Of a DNA stretch of 64,000 nucleotides, positions 46,085 through 56,121 are shown piece by piece (the stretch's first letter is position 1; the number at the start of each line of letters is the position of its first letter). A program made the position numbers and the translations under genes. The DNA is from Candidatus Latescibacterota bacterium (GTDB lineage Bacteria > Latescibacterota > UBA2968 > UBA8231), in assembly GCA_965243025.1 (NCBI GenBank), contig CBDETY010000003.1:224001-288000 (forward strand), written 5' to 3'. Below the pieces are notes generated by a model, which was given only the letters and a program-made list of their open reading frames with translations, had not been told where the DNA came from and ran no database searches.

Positions 46085-47462
46085 TCCGTCCAACGGCCGC
46101 GGACCGGCCGGACCGGAGGACCTCGCCCTGCGCGGGGAGCTGAGCGCCAACGTCGTCGGCTTCTGTCGGCTGCTGCGCCGCGAGGGTGCCGGCCCGGGGG
46201 CGGCGGAGGCCGCCGAGGCCCTGCTCGCCCTGGAGCGGGTCGATCTGGGCACCGGACGGCATTTCTACGAAGCGCTAAGGACCTGTCTCGCCAAGAGCCG
46301 CCGGGAGCAGGAGATCTTCGACTCGGTTTTCGACTCCTACTGGAAGGTCTGGGACCGCGCCGGCGAGCTTCTGCGCGGGCAGGGAGAGAATCGGGAAGAG
46401 GAGGAAGAGGAGAACAGGGAGATCCGCAATCCCTGCGGCCCGGAGCAGCAGCCGGCGCTGAAAGCGGTAACCGCCTGGCTCAAGGGAGAGAAGAAGACCG
46501 GCGACGAGGAGCCGGCCCCGGGATACAGCCCGTTCGAGGTGATGGCCCGGCGCGACTTCGCCGGCTTCCGCGCCGACGAGCTGGACGAGATCGGCCGCCT
46601 GGTGGCGCTGATCGCCAGGATCCTCGCGAGGCGCTTCAACCGCCGCTACCGCGACAGCTCCCGCCGCGGCCGCCTCGACCTGCGGCGCACCCTCAGGCGC
46701 AATCTTCGCCGCGGCGGCGAGCTCGTCGATCTCAGCTTCCGGCAGCGGCGCCGCCGGCGCCTGAAGCTGGTGCTTCTGTGCGACGTCAGCCGCTCGATGG
46801 ACCTCTACAGCAGCTTTCTCATCCAGTTCGTCTACGCCTTCCAGCTCGCCTGCCGACGCGTCGAGACCTTCGTCTTCAGCACCTCCATGAGACGGGTCAC
46901 CGACACTTTGGCCAACGAGGATCTCGACGAGGTGCTGGCCGCCCTGTCCCGGCAGGTTCCGCAGTGGTCGGGGGGAACCCGCATCGGCGCCTCCCTGCGG
47001 ACGTTCCTCGACGGCTTCGGCGACGCCCTGCTCGACCACCAGACCGCCGTCATCCTGCTGAGCGACGGCTGGGACACCGGCGACATCGACCTGTTGCGCG
47101 ACGCCATGCGGGAGATCCACCGCCGCTCGCTGGCGGTGATCTGGCTCAACCCGCTGCTCGGCTCCGAGGAGTACCGCCCCGACACCCGGGGCATGCGCGC
47201 CGCCCTGCCGCACGTCGACCTGTTCGCCCCGGCTCACAACGCCGCCAGCCTCAAGGAGCTCGCCTCCATCCTCGGGCGCGTACAGCGCCGCGACATCCCC
47301 GCCCGCTTCGGGTTTCACCAGCGCGAGGAGGTGGAGGAAGCCGGACCGGCGGTGGCGCCGGAAGAGGACACGCCGCGGCCCAGCTCGGCAGCAAACCTCG
47401 AGCGGCTGGGCCGCGAGATGCGGGAGAAGCGGCAGGCCCGCAAGGATCAGGGGCGGGCCTGA
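46074..47462 (+). CDS. vWA-domain CoxE-like protein
   Basis: LDLRRTLR, MIDAS DVSRSM, WSGGTRIG, SDGWD, WLNPL. Confidence 0.9.
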   Translation: MADSPSNGRGPAGPEDLALRGELSANVVGFCRLLRREGAGPGAAEAAEALLALERVDLGTGRHFYEALRTCLAKSRREQEIFDSVFDSYWKVWDRAGELLRGQGENREEEEEENREIRNPCGPEQQPALKAVTAWLKGEKKTGDEEPAPGYSPFEVMARRDFAGFRADELDEIGRLVALIARILARRFNRRYRDSSRRGRLDLRRTLRRNLRRGGELVDLSFRQRRRRRLKLVLLCDVSRSMDLYSSFLIQFVYAFQLACRRVETFVFSTSMRRVTDTLANEDLDEVLAALSRQVPQWSGGTRIGASLRTFLDGFGDALLDHQTAVILLSDGWDTGDIDLLRDAMREIHRRSLAVIWLNPLLGSEEYRPDTRGMRAALPHVDLFAPAHNAASLKELASILGRVQRRDIPARFGFHQREEVEEAGPAVAPEEDTPRPSSAANLERLGREMREKRQARKDQGRA

Positions 47463-47575
47463 GCGGGGTTGCTGCCGGTACCACCGGACCTCGCACAACC
47501 AAAGCCCGGACCACTCAAAAACCGGAGAAGGCCGGCTTCACCCGACGCCCGGTCTTCGTGCGGTTCCCATCCCGT

Positions 47576-49972
47576 TCACATGCGCAGCCAGTAGTTGACC
47601 TTGGCGAGCCAGATGTTGTCCCCGTCGTCGGTGAAACTGGATGCCAGGTCGCCCGCCCCCAGGCGGGGGTGGTCGTCGAAGGCGCTGCGCGACTGCGCCC
47701 AGACGAGGAACAGCGTGCTCCCGGGGGCGTACTCCCAGCGGAATACCAGGTTGCTGCGCAGCGAGCGTCTCCTGAAGTCGGGATTGGACCCGTACTCCCC
47801 GTATGGGGAGAAGCCGTAGGATTTCGGGGCGATCAGCTCCTTGATGGCGCCGTAATCCCCGGCGGCGGCGAACGGCTGCATGTACAGCTGCAGGCTGACG
47901 TCGGGCGAGAACAGCAGGTCGAAGCGGGTGGTCCACTCGAGCACCCTGCTTTCGAGCTCGCCGTAGATGAACCGGTCCGGCGCACCGTCCCCGTCTTGGT
48001 CGAGGTTGGCCAGCCACTGGCCGTTGTCCTCGTTCCAGCGGAACTCCGGCCCCATGCGGACGCTGAGGCGGTCGCCGGCCCGCCAGCGGAGGTCAACTTC
48101 GAGACTGCGCCAGCGGCTGCCGGCGCTGTTCCCGGCCCAATCGAAGCCCGCCTCGGCGATCAGGGTGCGCTGGTCGTCGGTTTCGACCTGGATCCAGAAG
48201 CTGTTGTCCCGCGGCCGCCGGATCGGCGGTCCGCCGCGGGTCCCGAGATCGTCGAAAACCGGGAAACCGTGCGTATAGCCGAAGCCGAGCCACCAGTAGA
48301 AGGTGGTCTCGAGGAAGGTGTAAGCGTCGATCTCCTTTTCCAGCTCCAGGCCGTCGTAGTTCCAGCGATACCCCCCGTTGAACCCGAGAAACCGGCGCCG
48401 CAGAATGCCTGTCGGCCGGTATCCCTGGAACTCGACCCAGGAGCCGAGCCGGTGGTAATCCGAGCGGCGAATGAACCCGAGGTCGTTCGCCGAGAAGCGG
48501 GGGGAGAATGTCGTATAGCTCAGGCCCCCTTCCAGGGCGCCGCCGCGCTTTCCGAAGTCCGCCTGGAAGGCGGCTCCCTGGCCGTCCTCGCCGGTGCGGC
48601 TCGAGGCGAGCTGGCCGCGCAGCTGCCACCTGTTGTCGCTCCAGTTGAGATTCCAGTCCGCCCCGCCGGCATAGGCATTGCCGCCGCCGGAGCGGTTGAC
48701 CGCGGTGACGATGCCGCCGACGTGGGAGTTCCCCGCCAGCAGGTCCCGCTTCAGGCGCGCCACCCCGTAATGGGTTCGCGGCTCGACCAGGTGGCGGCGG
48801 GAGCCGGATTCTCCGGGGTCCCGCACGCGCGCCTCCTCCCCGGAGGTCAGGGCCTGCAGCAGTCCGAAGGTGGTGCCCCCGGAAGTGCGGCCGGTGACCT
48901 TGGACGCCTCGAGGATGGTCGTGAAGTCGGGCCGGTCGATCTCCTCGGCGCCGGCCGGGATCGGGAACCGGGAGGGGGGGCGGCCGATGCGGCGCGAGTA
49001 GAAGAGGTCGAACGGCGTGTCGAACACCTGCGCGTCCTTGCTGAAGAAGGGCCGCCGCTCCTCGTAGAAGGTCTCGAAGACGCCGAGGTTGAGCACCGCC
49101 GGGTCCGCCTCCACCTGGCCGAAGTCGGGATTCGCGGTGCCGTGGAGGCTGATGTTCGAGGTCAGTCCGTAGCGGACGTCGGCGCCGAGGTTGCCGAGAT
49201 ATCCGCGCCCGTCCGGGTCGACGGATGTCGGCGGCGAGAAGATCGAGCGCCCGACGAGGTGGGGCCGCACCTCGAGGGCGGTTTCCGGGGAGACGTCCCG
49301 GATGCCGCGCAGGTCCCCGAAGCGGGACACGAACCCTTCGTCCTGCACGCCGAGGGGGACCCAGAAAGAGTTCTCCTTCAGGCGCGACGTGTAGCGGTCG
49401 ATCTGCAGGCCCCAGGTCGAGTCGGCCCCGGTGAAGCGGAAGTTGTGGAACGGGATGCGCACCTCCGCGGTCCAGCCCTGTTCGCCGACCCGCGTGTGCG
49501 ATTCGAACACCCCGTCCCAGGTGTAGGTTTCCCGATCGTCGTTGAAATACACCCCGTCGATAACGGTACCGCCGGCGGTGATGAAGAAGGAGTAGGCGGT
49601 CTGGCGGTCGTGGTTGGAGTCGAGGGTGAGGTGAATCCAGTCCGTCTCCTTGATGATCCACTGATCGCGCCTGCCGAGGCGGGTGACGATCTCGTCCGGC
49701 TGCTCGTCGAAGCAGACCGCCCCCATGTACAGGGCCTCGTCGTCGTAGAGGAAGCGGACCTCGGTGCGCTGGGTCGCCGGGAGGCCCTCGTCCGGGAAGC
49801 GCTGGGTGAACGAGTCGATGACCGGGGCGGTCTGCCACGACGGTTCGTCGAGGAACCCGTCGCAGCGGATGGGGTTGTCGGTCCGGACCGCCTCGGCCGT
49901 CGGCACGGAAGCGGGAGCCGCCGCGGCCAGGGCGGCGAGAGTGAACAGGGGGATCAGGAATGCTGGAATCAT
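47576..49972 (-). CDS. CBM9-like/DUF5916 outer-membrane protein
   Basis: DG.LDE..W, WTAEVRIPF, NPDFGQVEAD..NL..FE.FYEERRPFF, barrel-type C-terminus AKVNYW. Confidence 0.8.
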   Translation of the reverse strand: MIPAFLIPLFTLAALAAAAPASVPTAEAVRTDNPIRCDGFLDEPSWQTAPVIDSFTQRFPDEGLPATQRTEVRFLYDDEALYMGAVCFDEQPDEIVTRLGRRDQWIIKETDWIHLTLDSNHDRQTAYSFFITAGGTVIDGVYFNDDRETYTWDGVFESHTRVGEQGWTAEVRIPFHNFRFTGADSTWGLQIDRYTSRLKENSFWVPLGVQDEGFVSRFGDLRGIRDVSPETALEVRPHLVGRSIFSPPTSVDPDGRGYLGNLGADVRYGLTSNISLHGTANPDFGQVEADPAVLNLGVFETFYEERRPFFSKDAQVFDTPFDLFYSRRIGRPPSRFPIPAGAEEIDRPDFTTILEASKVTGRTSGGTTFGLLQALTSGEEARVRDPGESGSRRHLVEPRTHYGVARLKRDLLAGNSHVGGIVTAVNRSGGGNAYAGGADWNLNWSDNRWQLRGQLASSRTGEDGQGAAFQADFGKRGGALEGGLSYTTFSPRFSANDLGFIRRSDYHRLGSWVEFQGYRPTGILRRRFLGFNGGYRWNYDGLELEKEIDAYTFLETTFYWWLGFGYTHGFPVFDDLGTRGGPPIRRPRDNSFWIQVETDDQRTLIAEAGFDWAGNSAGSRWRSLEVDLRWRAGDRLSVRMGPEFRWNEDNGQWLANLDQDGDGAPDRFIYGELESRVLEWTTRFDLLFSPDVSLQLYMQPFAAAGDYGAIKELIAPKSYGFSPYGEYGSNPDFRRRSLRSNLVFRWEYAPGSTLFLVWAQSRSAFDDHPRLGAGDLASSFTDDGDNIWLAKVNYWLRM

Positions 49973-50282
49973 CGCATGCTCGCAGGTGGAAGTGGAATGA
50001 ATCCACGCTACGGGGGGTAGTGGAACAGTGTCAAAAAACCTGGGCGGGGTGTGCCGCGCATCCCTGGTTCGGGGACCGGAACCGCTGCACCGATCGCGGA
50101 TGGGACATCGGAAAGTTCGGGCCACTCCCCCCGGTTTTTCGTATATCCTAGCGCGCGGACCGTGCGTCGCGAGGGCAGGGGGAGACCGTTCGGGACGATT
50201 TCGCGTTTTCCGGGGACCCTGTCGTCAGGATCAACCGTTGCGGTCACGCAGTCCCCGGGGACCCGAATATGAAAGAGGACCC

Positions 50283-51032
50283 ATGCCGGCACCGATCGCC
50301 CTGCAGCTGTACACCCTGCGCGAGGCCGCGGCGAGGGATTTCGAAGCCGCGGTCCGCTCGGTCGCCGGGATCGGTTACCTCGGCGTCGAACCGGCCGGCT
50401 TTCCGGGCACCACCCCGGAAGCGGCGAAGAGGCTGTTCGACGACCTCGGGCTCGAGGTCTGCAGCGCCCACCTCCCGCTTCCGGCAGGTGACGACCTGTC
50501 CGAGGCGCTGGAGACCGCCGAAGCCCTCGGCATCGAGCGCGTGATCTCCGGCCGCGGGCCGGATCAGTTCTCCTCCCTCGACCGCATTGCGGAGTCGTGC
50601 GATCTCTTCAACGAGGCCGCCGCCAACTGCGCCCGGCGCGGCTTCACCTTCGGCATTCACAACCACTGGTGGGAGTTCCTCGGGGTCGAGGGAGAGCCCG
50701 CGTACAGGCATCTGCTCCGAAAGCTCAGCCCCGGCGTCATCTTCCAGATCGACGCCTACTGGGTGCAGACGGCAGGCGCCGATCCTGCCGGGGTCATCGC
50801 CGAGCTCGGGACCCGCGCCCCTCTCGTGCACCTGAAGGACGGCCCGTGCACGCGCGAGGAGGACATGCTGCCGCTCGGGGAGGGAATCGCCGACTTCGAC
50901 CGCATCGCCGCGGCCGGCGGCAGCGTCGAGTGGTGGATCGTCGAGCTCGACCGATGCGCCACCGACATGACCGACGCGGTGGCGAAGAGCCACGCCTTCC
51001 TGACCGGCGCGGGGTACGCCCGCGGCAGATAG
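50283..51032 (+). CDS. Sugar phosphate isomerase/epimerase (IolE/AP endonuclease 2 fold)
   Basis: LQLYTLR, HNH..EF, DAYWV, VHLKD, IVELD. Confidence 0.9.
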   Translation: MPAPIALQLYTLREAAARDFEAAVRSVAGIGYLGVEPAGFPGTTPEAAKRLFDDLGLEVCSAHLPLPAGDDLSEALETAEALGIERVISGRGPDQFSSLDRIAESCDLFNEAAANCARRGFTFGIHNHWWEFLGVEGEPAYRHLLRKLSPGVIFQIDAYWVQTAGADPAGVIAELGTRAPLVHLKDGPCTREEDMLPLGEGIADFDRIAAAGGSVEWWIVELDRCATDMTDAVAKSHAFLTGAGYARGR

Positions 51033-51199
51033 GGGGATGGGACTGCAACGGGTTGCCGCGGCTGTCGGGGAGAAGGGGGCGTCCCCGGCGTGAGGTTGCC
51101 CCCCGCCCGGATTGTCGGGGCGCGTGAGCCCCCGGGGCTGGCGGTAACCGCCTGCATCCGGGACGGGCAAGGCGGTCCCGGATCGAGGGCGGCTGCGAA

Positions 51200-53353
51200 G
51201 TGAGCGAGACTGAAACAACCGGCCGCGGAATGCCTGCCGGGTACCGGGAGCACCTGGCCAGTCGCGACCGCGCCTCCCTGCGGCTTCGGTCGGGAGACCT
51301 GACCTGGCGGGGATTCCTGGTCGGCGGTCTGCTCAGCTTCTTCCTCGCCACCGGGGCTCCGTACGCCAACATGGTGCTGACGGATTACGTGTCGGCCGAC
51401 TTCGACACCCGGGGCGCCATCCTGCTCTTCTTCCTCCTCATCGGGGGGCTGAACCTCCTGTTCAAGCTGGCCGGCCGCGGCATTGCTCATGCCCTGTCCC
51501 TGGCTTGGGTAACCGCGACGGGCTGGGCGTTGGCCTACCAGCCTTTCGACGAACTCGATCCCTACTCCCCCGGCATCCTCTTCTCCAGCCTCCTGGTGCT
51601 GGCCTCTCTGGCCAACGTCGTTGCCGTGGCGCGGGGACGCAGCCTCGCTCTCAACCGGACCGAGCTGATCCTCGTGTACGCGATGATGCTGATCGTCTCG
51701 GCGCTCTGCACCATGGGGATGAGCGAGCAGCTGCCGGGAATGATCTGCGCCCTCTTCTACTACGCCTCGCCGGAGAACCAGTGGGCTGAGCGGCTGTTCC
51801 CCCTCCTCGACAGGCGCATCGTCGTCGACGACGGCGCCGGCAACGTCCTGTTCTACGAGGGGGTGGGGGAAGGGGAGATCCCGTACGGCGCCTGGGTCGA
51901 GCCGATGCTCTGGTGGGCGGTTTTCCTGCTTGCCCTGTACGTGTCGATGGTGTCGATCGTCGTGATCCTGCGGCGCCAGTGGATGGAGCGGGAACGGCTC
52001 GCCTATCCCGTGGTGCAGGTGGGGCTGGCGATGATCCGGGGAGAGCGGCAGGACCGCCTGGTCAACCGCTTCTTCAAGAGCCCCTCCATGTGGATAGGGT
52101 GGTCGATTCCGATGTTCGTCGGCCTTCTCGCCGCCCTGCCGTCGTACGGAATCAACGTTCCCAGGCCGTCCCTGACCTGGACCGCCTCCCTGTTCGGGGT
52201 GCAGGGCATCAACATGAAGGTCAACTTCGTCGTTCTGGGGTTTTCCTACCTGATCCACACCCACCTCGCTTTGGGAATCTGCGTCTTCCACCTGGTGGCC
52301 AAGTGCGAGAAGGCCTTCTTCCAGATCGCTGGAATCACCTCGCCGCAGACGATCGTCTTCGGGGTCGGCGGCTTTCCCCTGCTGGGGTACCAGGGAACCG
52401 GGGCGCTGATCGCCATGGTCCTGGTCGGGCTGTGGCTGGGCCGCGAGCATCTCAAGGCAGTGGTGCTCAAGGCGGCGGGCCTGGCGCCGCACGTCGACGA
52501 CAGCGACGAGATCATGTCCTACCGGGGGGCCGTTGCCGGGGCCGCCGGCGGGGTTCTGGTGATGGTTGTCTGGCTCCGGATCATGGGCACGCCGGCGTGG
52601 ATCTCCCTGCTCTTCGTCGTCGCCGCGCTGCTGATCTTCATCGGCATTACCCGCATCGTGGTCGAGGCCGGGGTGGTCCAGCTGCGGGCGCCGATTTGCG
52701 CCCCCGACCTGGTGATCCAGGGGATCGGCTCCAGCCTGGTCGGGACCACCGGGGTGTTGAACCTGTCCCTCTCCTACCTGTGGGCCGCCGACGTCAGGGT
52801 TTTCGTCATGGGCACCTGCGCCAACGCCCTCAAGATGATCGAGGAGATGGACCCTCGCAGCCGGCGCCTGGTGTTCTGGGGGATCGTCCTGGCCCTGCTG
52901 ATCGGGGCTCTGGGCTCGCTGTGGATGATCTTCCACCTCACCTACAAGTACGGCGGGGTGAACATGAACAGCTGGTTTTTCCACAGGGGGCCGGCCGTCG
53001 CCTACGAGAATGCCTTGCGCAACCTCCAGCCCCGGGGGGTGTACTGGCCGGGGGTGGGGTTCTTCGCCGGCGGGGGAGTGGTCATGGCGCTGATGATGTT
53101 CGCCCGCGCCCGCCTCTCCTGGTGGCCGGTTCATCCCATCGGTTTCCCCTTAGGCGCCAACAGCATGACCGACTGGATCTGGTTCTCGGTGTTCCTCGCC
53201 TGGGCGGTAAAGGTGTGCGTGCTGCGCTTCGGAGGGGGGAGCGGCTACCGCCGAAGTCTGCCGTTCTTCCTCGGCATTCTCACCGGCGAGGTCACCAGCA
53301 TGGGGGTGTGGCTCGTCGTCGACTACTTCACCGGAACCATCGTGAAGGCCTGA
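51200..53353 (+). CDS. Polytopic membrane protein, DUF6785/DUF6784-like (putative transporter)
   Basis: ELILVY.MM, YYASPENQW, RRQWMERERLAYP, WWPVHPIG; many TM segments. Confidence 0.7.
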   Translation: MSETETTGRGMPAGYREHLASRDRASLRLRSGDLTWRGFLVGGLLSFFLATGAPYANMVLTDYVSADFDTRGAILLFFLLIGGLNLLFKLAGRGIAHALSLAWVTATGWALAYQPFDELDPYSPGILFSSLLVLASLANVVAVARGRSLALNRTELILVYAMMLIVSALCTMGMSEQLPGMICALFYYASPENQWAERLFPLLDRRIVVDDGAGNVLFYEGVGEGEIPYGAWVEPMLWWAVFLLALYVSMVSIVVILRRQWMERERLAYPVVQVGLAMIRGERQDRLVNRFFKSPSMWIGWSIPMFVGLLAALPSYGINVPRPSLTWTASLFGVQGINMKVNFVVLGFSYLIHTHLALGICVFHLVAKCEKAFFQIAGITSPQTIVFGVGGFPLLGYQGTGALIAMVLVGLWLGREHLKAVVLKAAGLAPHVDDSDEIMSYRGAVAGAAGGVLVMVVWLRIMGTPAWISLLFVVAALLIFIGITRIVVEAGVVQLRAPICAPDLVIQGIGSSLVGTTGVLNLSLSYLWAADVRVFVMGTCANALKMIEEMDPRSRRLVFWGIVLALLIGALGSLWMIFHLTYKYGGVNMNSWFFHRGPAVAYENALRNLQPRGVYWPGVGFFAGGGVVMALMMFARARLSWWPVHPIGFPLGANSMTDWIWFSVFLAWAVKVCVLRFGGGSGYRRSLPFFLGILTGEVTSMGVWLVVDYFTGTIVKA

Positions 53354-53416
53354 CTCCCGTCTGCAAGGCGCAGGAGCGGACTATGCGGGTTGGGGCCGAA
53401 TCCGCCGGGAACCGGT

Positions 53417-55222
53417 CTAGCGGAACGGGATCCCGTCCCGGTGCCAGGGAAAGCGGAAGCTCGGGGGGGCGGCGTAGCGCTGCATGCCGATGTCGAGATC
53501 GATCTGGGCGCCGGGCCGCAGGTCCACCTGGAAACAGCCGTCGTCGACGGTTGCCTCCTCCCCGTCCGCCGGGACCACCTTCCCGAAGCGGTGCTCTCCG
53601 AAGGAGCCGGCGGCCACCATCACGTCGCGCCCCTCGACCGGGCTGAGGTTGACCAGGGTCAGGGCCATGCCGTCGGCCTCCAGCCGCGTCACCAGGGCGG
53701 CGACGTCCGGGGGCAGTCCGGGGCGCTGCCGCGCCGGGTCGTAGTAGCGCACCCGCCCCTGGGCCAGTCCACCCCAGTAGATCGGCTGCGGGCCGCCGGT
53801 GGTCAGCTGCACGAGGGCCTCGGTCACCACCGGGTTGACCTGCTGCCACCAGTGCACGTCGAGGGTGGTCGGGTCCTGCTCGTCGTCCAGCACCTTGGCG
53901 AGCCGGTTGCAGACCTCGCGGTAGTTGGCCTGCAGGATGCGCTCGGGATAGTCGGGAACCTCGCCGGCGAGGAAGCGCGTCCAGGCGCGGTCGTCGGCGG
54001 CGCGCACGGGCCGCTGGGTGACCCCGGCCCACTCCTCCTCCCGGCCGCGGCGCAGGGCCTCGAGGCGCTGCCGGTCCTCCCCGGCCATCGACGCCGCCCA
54101 CAGGTGCACCGGCATGTGGGGGGCGGCCGGACCGAACTCGCACCAGCCGCCGGAGGTGTGCTTGTGCGGCACCAGCAGGCGGCCGTCCTCCTCCCTGGCA
54201 TGGGCGATCAGGGTGTCGAGGTGCATGCGCGGCAGCTCGAGATACCCCGCGTCCCCGGTCACCAGGAGAGCGGCTTCGGCGGCGATGGTCACGGCGCAGG
54301 ACATCATCTGGTGTCCGAACCTGCCGGTCCACCCGTAGAAGCCGCCCCACCATTCCCCGTCCCGGGTTTCCCCGACGACGCCGCTGTGGCCGACGTTGTC
54401 GGGCACGATCCCCCCGTTTGCCCGGGTGCGCTCGATCCAGGCGCCGGCGTACTCCTCGATCCAGCGGCGGTAGCGCGCCTCCCCGGTGTAGAGGAAGGCG
54501 GTCGCCACCAGCGGGACGATCCCGAGGTTGACGGTGACGTCCCCCTGCATCACCACCTCGTCGAAACGGCGGTGGACCTGCTCCCGCAGCTGCTCGTCCT
54601 CCCACCACTCCGGGGGCGGGGGCTTCCATCCCGGCCCGAGGGTGGTGTGCCCGTGCTCGATGTTGTAGCGGACGTCGTTGAAGCGGGCGCTGGCCCGCGG
54701 CCCCCTGCTGCCGCTGAACGGCGAGCGCACGATCCGGTGCCGGGGATCGTAGTTGGGTGCCTCCGGATCCTCGCCGAGGTAGAAGCCGGCGAAGCGCCGG
54801 GCGCGGCGCATCGTCTCCCGGCTCGTCGGGTCGGCCATGCCGAGGTGGTAGAAGTAGATGTAGTTCTCGGCGTTGTGGAACCAGTCGTCGTCGCTGATGA
54901 ACTCCTTGTGGGCGCGGCCGTAGTCGTACTCGATCTGGCGGGTGACGGCGTTCCACTGCTCGAACGACTTGGTACCGGTGTAGCCGCTGCCGCCGAGGGC
55001 GTGGTAGTGGGGCCAGTTGAAGAAGGCCTCGTACAGGTCGTCGGCCCAGACCCCGTCCCCGGGGTAGTCCTCCCTCCATACGAGCGAGCCTCCGGGGCGG
55101 GTGTATTTCTCGAGGAAGATCGGAGCCGCCGCGTCGATGGCGTCGATCAGCTGCCGCTCGAGGACCGCCCAGCCCGGGGGAGCGGTGCGCCGGGTGCCGG
55201 TGATTGTTTTCAATGCAGCCAT
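53417..55222 (-). CDS. Hypothetical ~600-aa cytoplasmic protein, possibly an (alpha/alpha)-barrel enzyme
   Basis: Coding-like codon bias; aromatic/acidic motifs DDLYEAFFNWP, DWFHNAE, WWGGFYGW, NPVVTEALVQL. Confidence 0.7.
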   Translation of the reverse strand: MAALKTITGTRRTAPPGWAVLERQLIDAIDAAAPIFLEKYTRPGGSLVWREDYPGDGVWADDLYEAFFNWPHYHALGGSGYTGTKSFEQWNAVTRQIEYDYGRAHKEFISDDDWFHNAENYIYFYHLGMADPTSRETMRRARRFAGFYLGEDPEAPNYDPRHRIVRSPFSGSRGPRASARFNDVRYNIEHGHTTLGPGWKPPPPEWWEDEQLREQVHRRFDEVVMQGDVTVNLGIVPLVATAFLYTGEARYRRWIEEYAGAWIERTRANGGIVPDNVGHSGVVGETRDGEWWGGFYGWTGRFGHQMMSCAVTIAAEAALLVTGDAGYLELPRMHLDTLIAHAREEDGRLLVPHKHTSGGWCEFGPAAPHMPVHLWAASMAGEDRQRLEALRRGREEEWAGVTQRPVRAADDRAWTRFLAGEVPDYPERILQANYREVCNRLAKVLDDEQDPTTLDVHWWQQVNPVVTEALVQLTTGGPQPIYWGGLAQGRVRYYDPARQRPGLPPDVAALVTRLEADGMALTLVNLSPVEGRDVMVAAGSFGEHRFGKVVPADGEEATVDDGCFQVDLRPGAQIDLDIGMQRYAAPPSFRFPWHRDGIPFR

Positions 55223-55283
55223 CCCTCTGTTGTCGGTGACCGGGGCGGCACGGCGCAAGCGGGCCGGGTTCTTGCCGCCGCCC

Positions 55284-56060
55284 TCATTCCTCGCCGGCCA
55301 GGATCCTGCCGAACGCCGCGGGCGACACGCGCAGATCGATGTTCTGGCAGTCGACGGCCGTCACCGGGGTGTCGCGGCGCGTATAGCTCCAGCGCACGGG
55401 CTGCTCGAAGTGCCAGAGCCGCAGGGAGCGGTAGTAGCCGCTCAGCAGCTCGTCGGTGCGCTCGTTGCGCGAGCCGCTCGGGTAGGCGAAGTGATCGGGG
55501 GCGAACCCGAGGCGCCGCTCGAAGATGCGGTTCGCCAGCTCGGCTTCGCGGACCACGCCCCCGTCCCCTTCCTCGGCGTGGCGGTCGGCGAGCTTGCAGT
55601 GGGTCGCGGTGTGGGCGCCGATCTCCCAGCCGTCCTCGAGGAGCCCCGCCACCTGCTCCCAAGTCATGAACGGCTTCTCGACCACCCCCTCGGTCAGGGT
55701 GCGAACCGCCGCGGAGCGGCCGCTGCTGGCCGCCTCGATGCCGTCGGTGATCGGGAAGCAGGTGGCGCTGTACCCGAAGTCGTCGAGGACCGGCTTGACC
55801 ACCGTGGCCGTGTCGAGCCAGCCGTTGTCGAAGTGCAGGACCGCGGCCTTCGCGGGCAGCACGGCGTCGCCCAGGAGCCAGTCGACGACGCGGGAGGTGC
55901 CAGCCACCGTCCAGCCGCCGGCGCGCAGCTGTTCGAGGTGCCGTGTGAACTCCGACAGGCCGATGACGCCTGCGGTCTGCGCCGCGGCGGCTTCGGCCAG
56001 CTCGGGGGAGTCGTCGGGATACACATGGTGGTATACGAGGATCGGCACGTGCAGGTCCAT
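55284..56060 (-). CDS. Polysaccharide deacetylase (NodB-like)
   Basis: ILVYHHV, HFDNG, MTWEQV, IGAHT.TH, FAYPSG. Confidence 0.88.
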   Translation of the reverse strand: MDLHVPILVYHHVYPDDSPELAEAAAAQTAGVIGLSEFTRHLEQLRAGGWTVAGTSRVVDWLLGDAVLPAKAAVLHFDNGWLDTATVVKPVLDDFGYSATCFPITDGIEAASSGRSAAVRTLTEGVVEKPFMTWEQVAGLLEDGWEIGAHTATHCKLADRHAEEGDGGVVREAELANRIFERRLGFAPDHFAYPSGSRNERTDELLSGYYRSLRLWHFEQPVRWSYTRRDTPVTAVDCQNIDLRVSPAAFGRILAGEE

Positions 56061-56121
56061 CTTTGTTCTTCCCGGATGCAGTCCCTTTCTTTGGGGCCGC
56101 TCAATCTGGAACAAGGAGCCG

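Noticed and set aside
46778-50020. 1080-aa plus-strand ORF
   Set aside because: Off-frame/antisense shadow of the vWA and DUF5916 genes.
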